Shown here: in pieces, positions 57,145 through 64,000 of the stretch
How positions within the stretch are numbered: the stretch's first letter is position 1
How the letters are laid out: every line of letters begins with the position of its first letter
Origin: a virus
Length of the DNA stretch: 64,000 nt
Direction: 5' to 3' (one strand)
IMG/VR virus record: IMGVR_UViG_3300033149_003257
Coordinates: 1 to 64,000 of that record
Position numbers and translations under genes: made by a program
Notes under the pieces: generated by a model
What the model saw: the letters and a program-made list of their open reading frames with translations, nothing else
Databases searched by the model: none
Told to the model about the DNA's origin: nothing

Positions 57145-57736
57145 TAATCTTTTCCTTATTCTCAGAAATTTTTAAAACTACCAACATTCTAGATTTTTGG
57201 GAAATCCTTACAAACCATTCTAATAAATCATCTTTATTATATGTTCTCAAAAATTCTGATATCATCCAAGTATTTAAATGTGTATCTATTTGTTCTAAAA
57301 TAGCTTTTTCAATTAATACACTATTTTGTTTACAAAAACTATTAATATTAATAGATTTTAAATCTACTCCCATAAAGTTCCAAACAAATGATAAAAAATC
57401 TATATGATTGAATTCTAAAAATTCTAAATATATATATATATTATCACAATCAATTTGTTCAAAAATATTTATATTTTCCATAAATTCAAAATTATATATT
57501 TCTAAAATCTTTTCCAAAACTCTGCGACAAAATATTATTTGATCTTCTAAAATAGTTTGTTTTATATATATAATCTCATTTAAATAAATATTCTTAAATT
57601 CATCTTTACCAATATTTTCAAGGATCTCTAAATAACTATATTCACGATTTACTTCTAATATACTTTGTTGATCTTCATCATCCATCTCTAAAACATGAAA
57701 TGAATTTCCCCATAAAACTTCATTTGCTACATCCAC
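57131..57736 (-). CDS. Hypothetical acidic protein directly downstream of RNAP beta copy 2
   Basis: 201-aa ORF; GTG start with GGAG RBS. Confidence 0.6.
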   Translation of the reverse strand: MDVANEVLWGNSFHVLEMDDEDQQSILEVNREYSYLEILENIGKDEFKNIYLNEIIYIKQTILEDQIIFCRRVLEKILEIYNFEFMENINIFEQIDCDNIYIYLEFLEFNHIDFLSFVWNFMGVDLKSININSFCKQNSVLIEKAILEQIDTHLNTWMISEFLRTYNKDDLLEWFVRISQKSRMLVVLKISENKEKINAID

Positions 57737-57739
57737 AAT

Positions 57740-60700
57740 TTATCTCCCTAACATAAGTGATACAAAATAAGAATTTAATAATTCTCTAGTTGGTGATGAT
57801 TTAGATTCTCTATATTCTGCTGAACCTGTTTGAATAATATCTGAAATAATCTCATTTTTTGTAACATGATCATCACTTAATGGTCCAAAAAATTCAGATA
57901 AAATTTTTGGACAATTATAAGACACTAAAGCCCAAGTATCTTGTTCACCAACTCTTTGTCCTCCTTCTCGTCTCTTTCCAGATAATGGTTGTAAAGTTTT
58001 TTGTTTAACTGGACCAGTAGATCTAGTATGTATTTTTGAAGAAGCAAGATGTTCCATTTTTTCAATATACATATAACCAATCGGAACAACATTATAAGTT
58101 TTTGTATTAAATTCTGGAAGTTTTAAATAATAACCAGATTTTAAATTTAATATTTTCATACATTGTAAAATATCTTTATAAGATGGTGCTTTAAAAGGTG
58201 GAATAATTATTGGAACAAAACCATTATTTTTAATTTGATTAATCATTTCTTTAAATTTATTATCACTCATTTTAGAAATATTATTAGTTAAAGATGATAT
58301 AAATTTTTGTCCTTTTGATTTATCTAATGGTTTTAAAACTGAATTTAAAATATTTACTACCTTAGATTTTGTATTATTTTCTATTATTATATTTGCTAAT
58401 TTTTTTGAAATTAAACCACAATATAATTCATATATTTGACCCATATTCATTCTACCGATGACTCCGAGTGGATTTAAAATAATATCTACTGTTTCACCCC
58501 AAGGAGTTCTGGGCATCAAAGAATCTTTTTCAATTAATGAAATAATACCTTTGTTTCCATATCTATTACATAATTTATCTCCAATTTGAACTTTTAATTC
58601 TTGTTCAATTTTAAATTTTATAAGTACACCTTTTATAGAAACTCCTCTTATTGTAAACCGTTCTTTTTTCTTTCTTTCATATCTTTTATTAGTTCTTTTA
58701 ATTAAATCTTGTAATATTGGAAACTTATCTTCATTAATATTACAAAACACCTCTATATCAACAACTATTCCACCAGGACTTTTCTTTATATATTGACCAG
58801 AAGATATTTCTGAATTTTCATCTTCTAATTCTTCTATTCCAATTAATTCTTCTATTTCTCCAATTGATCTCCTTAAAAGAGGTTTTCCTTTTTCAATATG
58901 TTCTCCAATTTTACAAATATATAATAATCTATCTTCAGAAGATACAGGAGCTTCTTCTATAATACCATGTAATGAAGTCAACATATCATTAGAAACCAAT
59001 CTTTCATTTATAACAATTCCATCTTCAAAATTATATCCTTTATATGGCATAAGAGCTACTAATAAAGTTCTGCCTAAAGATATACTTCCTCCAGATACAC
59101 AAGCTCCTTCAGCAACTATTTCATTATTCTTTACAATCTGACCTTTTTTAACTTTTACTTTAAAAACACTTAATGTATCTTTTCCAGAACCAGATTTCAA
59201 ATGAAATGGTGATATATCTAGTTCATGTTTATCACCATTTTTACATATAATAATAATACTATCTTTTGTTATATTAAAAACTTTACCATTACATGGAGAT
59301 CTTTTAATAAAACTATCAGATAATACATTACTAAGAATAGACTCATAACCAGATTGTATTACCGGAGGTGATGGATTTTTTAATGGTAATGCTTGTCTTG
59401 CTTGACTACATGAAAACATAACTCTTGGACCATCATTATTTTCTATAAATGGAACCATACAAGAAGCAGATGACAACATTCCAGAATATTCATTGTCAGA
59501 AATATCTTTTGTTGTAAATAAACCTCTAGCAGATGTAATTAAAGCATCAACAGTTAAATATTGGATAATTCCAACATTACTACCTTCTGGAGTATCCAAT
59601 GGATCAATATTTCCAAAATAAGATGGATGTACATTTCTAGCTTCTAATTGTATAGCTCCCTTATCTGGGATTCCACCAATATTCTTTCCAACAGGAGAAA
59701 CTCTTGTCATAACTGATAATTCTTCAATAGGATTTGCATATTCCATATTAGAAACGATTTCAGAATTTATAAAATCTCTTAAAACTTTATCTGAAACTAA
59801 GTTAAACACTGCATTTTTATTTCCAGATAATACTTGTTCTTTATATTCTGTATAAGCAGCAAGAATTTGTTTTTGTGCTAAATTTACCAAAACTTCTGAA
59901 TTTCTTATTCTTTGATTAGATAAATCATTTCTTTTTTCTTCAAAACCAGTTACAACTTTACTGGCCATATATTTCATAATATCATCTAATTCAGTAGGTA
60001 ATTGTTTATTTACTAAAATTTGTTTAACAACCGGATCAACAATATTTTCTAAATTAGTTGATAAGAGATAAGTAGAATTTACTCTTCCAGTAATTTTTGT
60101 AATTAAACTATTAAAATACTCTTTACTTCCAAAAGGATATTGTATATTAAATTCATCCGGTTTACTTCTAGAAAAAGATTCACATAATTCAAATTTTAAA
60201 TCATTATCTACATTCTCAAAAACAACATATTCATTTTCATTTATTTTTGTAAACATCTCATCTTTTTTGGGTTTACTTTGAACAATTTTATATTTTAAAT
60301 TATATTTCTTAATTGTATTTTCAAAACCAAAACTATAACATAAAACTATAAATAATGATAATTTATATGAACCCATATATATTTCTAACCAATGATTTTT
60401 TCTGGTTCTTTTACTTTGTATATGAAATTTTGAATATGAACTTTCAAATTTCGAATCATAAGCTTTTGGAAATGTTATTGGACATAAAACTAATTGATTA
60501 ATTAAAATCTTCTTATCACCATTTAATCTAAAAACTCCAAATTTATCAATTTTAGGAACTTCAATTTCAACTTCATGTGTATTACCAAACTCATCTTTTA
60601 AAATTGTTTTTATAATAGATATATCAGATTTATCTATTTCAGTTGCTTTACTTTGTTTATCAACAATATTCATAGATACTATTTTTAATGGAATTTCTTT

Positions 60701-61831
60701 CCTTTCTAAAACTTTAAAAGAATTTTCCATATCTTTTTTCAAATTAATTTCAAAATCAATTTGTCTCTTTTGAAACAAATGTTCTGGTGATTTATCATCA
60801 ACCATTTTTGGAATATTTAATAACTCATTTATCATATTATCAGATAAAGAAATAGTTTTCTCTGGTTTTAATAATTCATCTGAATATGTATTATCAACAT
60901 TTTTTAAAGCTGTTTTAGTTTTATCTTTTGGAATCATTTTAGATAATCTATTAGATTTTTCCAAATCTCCACTAGTTTGATAAAGTATTGAAGCAACTGT
61001 TAATTTATCTATTTCTTCATCATTTAATTCATCTGAATTTATAGAATCTACTAAATCTGGTTGATTTTTTAAATAAGAAGATACTGCATTTTGAACTTTT
61101 GAAGAAGTATTCTTATTAATTACATCAGACACTTTTTTAATAACATTAGTAGATGCTTTATTAACTTCTACTTCCTCATCTTTTTCTAGATCAATTAATT
61201 TAATATTTCGAACATATTGTAATAATCTAGAAAATTGATAATTTTTATCTTTTATTAAAACTCTATATTTTGAACTATCAAGAGAGACAATATTTAATAA
61301 CATATGATCAAATAGAAAGTCATTATCTTTTAATTGCTGAACAATTGGAAATATCTTTCTATTAACAAATTGATTTAAATTTTTTGTAACATTAATAGAA
61401 TAAAATAAAACCTTTCTATAATTTTGTGGAAATTCATCTTGTATTTTTAGTAAAATATTCTTAATTAAAAATCCAGATCTTTGTCTATAATTAGTCGGTT
61501 TATAAATAGAATCTATTGCTTGTAAATAAGCTGATAAATCAAAAAATAAATTTTTATCAGAAGGAAATTTCATTGCAGTACTAAAAGCAAATAATTTATA
61601 GGATTTATATAATTTTCTAGTATCAGATAATAATCTTGTTCTCGGTATTTTTGTAATTGGAATAACAACATTTTTAACATCAATATTTCTAATTCCTAAT
61701 TTTGTATAATCATCTAATAATGTAGAATTTTCAGGAAAGAAAATAAGTAAATAAGGTCTTTCTCTATCTTGAGGAAATCTAATATTACTTACTACTCTTG
61801 TATATTGTTTTATATCATCAAATTTTAACAA
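57740..61831 (-). CDS. rpoB: Multisubunit RNA polymerase beta subunit, copy 2, with long N-terminal extension
   Basis: GNIDPLDTPEG, QARQA, GYNFEDG, GDKLCNRYGNKG, NPLGVIGRMNMGQ, QPLSGK..GGQRVGEQD. Confidence 0.95.
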   Translation of the reverse strand: MLKFDDIKQYTRVVSNIRFPQDRERPYLLIFFPENSTLLDDYTKLGIRNIDVKNVVIPITKIPRTRLLSDTRKLYKSYKLFAFSTAMKFPSDKNLFFDLSAYLQAIDSIYKPTNYRQRSGFLIKNILLKIQDEFPQNYRKVLFYSINVTKNLNQFVNRKIFPIVQQLKDNDFLFDHMLLNIVSLDSSKYRVLIKDKNYQFSRLLQYVRNIKLIDLEKDEEVEVNKASTNVIKKVSDVINKNTSSKVQNAVSSYLKNQPDLVDSINSDELNDEEIDKLTVASILYQTSGDLEKSNRLSKMIPKDKTKTALKNVDNTYSDELLKPEKTISLSDNMINELLNIPKMVDDKSPEHLFQKRQIDFEINLKKDMENSFKVLERKEIPLKIVSMNIVDKQSKATEIDKSDISIIKTILKDEFGNTHEVEIEVPKIDKFGVFRLNGDKKILINQLVLCPITFPKAYDSKFESSYSKFHIQSKRTRKNHWLEIYMGSYKLSLFIVLCYSFGFENTIKKYNLKYKIVQSKPKKDEMFTKINENEYVVFENVDNDLKFELCESFSRSKPDEFNIQYPFGSKEYFNSLITKITGRVNSTYLLSTNLENIVDPVVKQILVNKQLPTELDDIMKYMASKVVTGFEEKRNDLSNQRIRNSEVLVNLAQKQILAAYTEYKEQVLSGNKNAVFNLVSDKVLRDFINSEIVSNMEYANPIEELSVMTRVSPVGKNIGGIPDKGAIQLEARNVHPSYFGNIDPLDTPEGSNVGIIQYLTVDALITSARGLFTTKDISDNEYSGMLSSASCMVPFIENNDGPRVMFSCSQARQALPLKNPSPPVIQSGYESILSNVLSDSFIKRSPCNGKVFNITKDSIIIICKNGDKHELDISPFHLKSGSGKDTLSVFKVKVKKGQIVKNNEIVAEGACVSGGSISLGRTLLVALMPYKGYNFEDGIVINERLVSNDMLTSLHGIIEEAPVSSEDRLLYICKIGEHIEKGKPLLRRSIGEIEELIGIEELEDENSEISSGQYIKKSPGGIVVDIEVFCNINEDKFPILQDLIKRTNKRYERKKKERFTIRGVSIKGVLIKFKIEQELKVQIGDKLCNRYGNKGIISLIEKDSLMPRTPWGETVDIILNPLGVIGRMNMGQIYELYCGLISKKLANIIIENNTKSKVVNILNSVLKPLDKSKGQKFISSLTNNISKMSDNKFKEMINQIKNNGFVPIIIPPFKAPSYKDILQCMKILNLKSGYYLKLPEFNTKTYNVVPIGYMYIEKMEHLASSKIHTRSTGPVKQKTLQPLSGKRREGGQRVGEQDTWALVSYNCPKILSEFFGPLSDDHVTKNEIISDIIQTGSAEYRESKSSPTRELLNSYFVSLMLGR

Positions 61832-61842
61832 AAATTAATCTC

Positions 61843-64000
61843 CTAAAAAGTTCCAGATAAAATTCTATCTAAAATAGATGGTTCAAATTTATCTTCACTT
61901 GTTAACCCGGTTTGTATAGCTTTTCCAATATTTTCAAAAGCTAGTCCACTAACAAAACTAGAATTGAATATAACTTCTTTTATATTTATCAAAACTGGAT
62001 CCCATGTTTTTCCCAATCTTGCTGGAATATTAATATCATCTTTATTTCTTAAAACATTACTCATTAATACTTCTATATGAACAGAATCCATATCTCCTGA
62101 TGGCCATTTATTAGTTATTTTTTTAAATAAATTAGTAGTATCTTTAAACAACTCTCTTCCACCAATTAATCGTTCCATATAATTAGCTTGATCTTTTAAT
62201 TCACTAGTTTCTAATGACGTTTCTAAAATAATATCTCCTTGTTTATAATTTAAAACAATTTGTTTATTAATTTCCTCAAAATTTCTTTTTTGTATAATAA
62301 CAGAATAATCCAAAACTATATTAAATATTAAATTATCAAACTCTATTGTCGAAATTAAATTAGATACCCATATAGAATTATCTTCAATACGAATATTATT
62401 ATTCATATTATAAACATTTAAATCAAGTTTTAAAATACAATCTTTTTTACAAATTAAACCATTTTCTTCTTGTTGTATATACTCATTTAACTTATTTTCA
62501 TTTATATCTAATAAAGGATCATTTTCTAAAATATCTTTTAATAAATTTTTATCAGTTATTGAAACTGCTCCGCCAAGGTGAAACGTTCGCATGATTAGCT
62601 GGGTTCCTCGTTCCCCAATAGCCATCCCAGCAATTGTTCCAATATATGGAGATTTATGTCTTAACAAAAGTTTCCCATAACAGGTATGACATATTTTATA
62701 AGATTTACAAAATATTGGAGATCTTAATTGAATAGTTTCTCCAACTTTATGTTCTTCCGGAATAAACTCTTCTATTCTTCCTTTATTTAAAAAATATCTT
62801 CCTTTAAGTCTTTTTATTAAATCTTTATCTAATCTTACATTTAAATATTTTTTTGTTCCACAATCTTTTAAATATGGATCTGCTTCAACATTACTTAACA
62901 AATAAACAAGTTTACGAGACAAATAACCTGTAGTAGACGTATTCAATGCACGGTCAATCATTCCTTTTCTACCGCCCTGAGACATCTCAAAAAATTCTTT
63001 ATTTGTTAAACCATCAGAATATGATCCACTAATTGGATCTAAAACTTTACCAGTTGGATCTGCAATAATACCCTTTGCTATTAAAATTTGTGTTGGTTGA
63101 TCCCATCCTTTTGCTGCTCCAGATTCAACTAGATCATATAATCCAGTATTTTTTAAATGTTTTATCAATATTTGTTTAGCTTTATTAATTAATATAGATG
63201 CTTGTTCAACTGTTGCTCCATTTATTTGTTTTTTTATTTCATAAATTTCATCTGGAAGTTCTATATCATCAATTTTTATAGATGGAGCAGAAATAGTAGC
63301 AAATTTAAAACCAATCTTCTCTAATTTAGAAAAGACATCTATAGCAATATTTTCACCATACTTTTCTAGAATTGTATTAATATAACTATTTATAATTTTT
63401 TTCGTTACTGTTTTATCTATAAATTCAAAATCAGGCGGAAAAGCATTATTTAAAATTGCTTTCCCCATGGTAGTATTTTTTCCTCTAAATTTAACTGGAA
63501 TATATGGATTAGTAGCATTTTCTAAATCTTCTTCATTAACTATTATAGGAGACTTATTTATCAATACATTTTTTGTTATAATATATAAACCAACAGCCAT
63601 TTCTTTAGAAAGGTCAAATGAAACATCTGTTGAAGAAGTTCCAGTTGTTCCTTTCATCATTTTCTCTTTAGCTTCTTGTTGAGCTTCATTTGTGAGAGGA
63701 TGATAAATAGCCATAACATCACCATCGAAATCAGCATTATGTTGACCAACTTGTAATGTACATACTTGAATAGTATCGCCTTCAATTAATCTAGGATAAT
63801 ATGCTCTATAAGATTCAGCATGTAAAACTGGATCTCTTTTCGCTAATACTACTCTACCTTCCATTACTGATTCTGTAGCATCAAAAAATATTTTATACAA
63901 CTCATCTGGAATAACATCTTTATTACGAATTGCTTTAATAACTCTCTGAACACTATCAACAGATAAACTAACATTATCAAAATTTTTTATTTCATCTTCC
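61843..64000 (-). CDS. rpoC: Multisubunit RNA polymerase beta' subunit, copy 2 (5' end beyond the window)
   Basis: KRDPVLH, NADFDGDVM, TGYLSRKL, LRSPIFC..ICHTCYG, TQLIMRTFH; frame stays open to the window edge. Confidence 0.95.
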   Translation of the reverse strand, partial: EDEIKNFDNVSLSVDSVQRVIKAIRNKDVIPDELYKIFFDATESVMEGRVVLAKRDPVLHAESYRAYYPRLIEGDTIQVCTLQVGQHNADFDGDVMAIYHPLTNEAQQEAKEKMMKGTTGTSSTDVSFDLSKEMAVGLYIITKNVLINKSPIIVNEEDLENATNPYIPVKFRGKNTTMGKAILNNAFPPDFEFIDKTVTKKIINSYINTILEKYGENIAIDVFSKLEKIGFKFATISAPSIKIDDIELPDEIYEIKKQINGATVEQASILINKAKQILIKHLKNTGLYDLVESGAAKGWDQPTQILIAKGIIADPTGKVLDPISGSYSDGLTNKEFFEMSQGGRKGMIDRALNTSTTGYLSRKLVYLLSNVEADPYLKDCGTKKYLNVRLDKDLIKRLKGRYFLNKGRIEEFIPEEHKVGETIQLRSPIFCKSYKICHTCYGKLLLRHKSPYIGTIAGMAIGERGTQLIMRTFHLGGAVSITDKNLLKDILENDPLLDINENKLNEYIQQEENGLICKKDCILKLDLNVYNMNNNIRIEDNSIWVSNLISTIEFDNLIFNIVLDYSVIIQKRNFEEINKQIVLNYKQGDIILETSLETSELKDQANYMERLIGGRELFKDTTNLFKKITNKWPSGDMDSVHIEVLMSNVLRNKDDINIPARLGKTWDPVLINIKEVIFNSSFVSGLAFENIGKAIQTGLTSEDKFEPSILDRILSGTF

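Noticed and set aside
1362-63682. Antisense or shadow ORFs in the track (e.g. 2072..2362, 10128..10595, 13383..13799, 27749..28132, 35264..35554, 40998..41525, 63467..63682)
   Set aside because: They lie opposite or inside motif-supported genes and have the composition expected from the reverse strand of AT-rich coding DNA.
1-64000. Stop-codon reassignment (alternative genetic code)
   Set aside because: Long conserved genes are uninterrupted in the standard code, and TAA, TAG and TGA all terminate genes at tight junctions.

Overview
AT-rich, gene-dense 64 kb segment of a large tailed (jumbo-type, contractile-tail) bacteriophage. It uses the standard genetic code and AGGAG/GAGG ribosome-binding sites. 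Region 1-18.4 kb is a T4-like morphogenesis block: gp26/51-like hub chaperone, gp25, gp6 wedge, gp48-like protein, tape-measure/muramidase, terminase and gp27-like hub. It is interrupted by a frameshifted HNH homing endonuclease and a plus-strand DUF6745 repeat cassette. Region 18.5-64 kb is almost entirely minus strand. It holds replication/recombination genes (Mre11/Rad50, UvsW-like helicase, type IIA topoisomerase, SSB, a small PolB-palm-like protein), FolE2, QueD, a radical SAM enzyme, tRNA-Pro, MoxR/vWA, and two separate pairs of bacterial-type RNA polymerase beta'/beta genes. The most striking system is an apparently complete phage-encoded ubiquitin-like conjugation cluster (E2 fusion, JAB peptidase, E1, Ubl, plus a second E1 and an E2-like gene) directly upstream of one RNAP pair. 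Signals not explained by the ORF track: two classes of repeated intergenic promoter-like motifs, short GC3-rich recoded patches at conserved motifs of terminase and RNAP, a candidate +1 frameshift, and a long structured intergenic RNA. All family assignments come from motif recognition by eye; no database searches were run.
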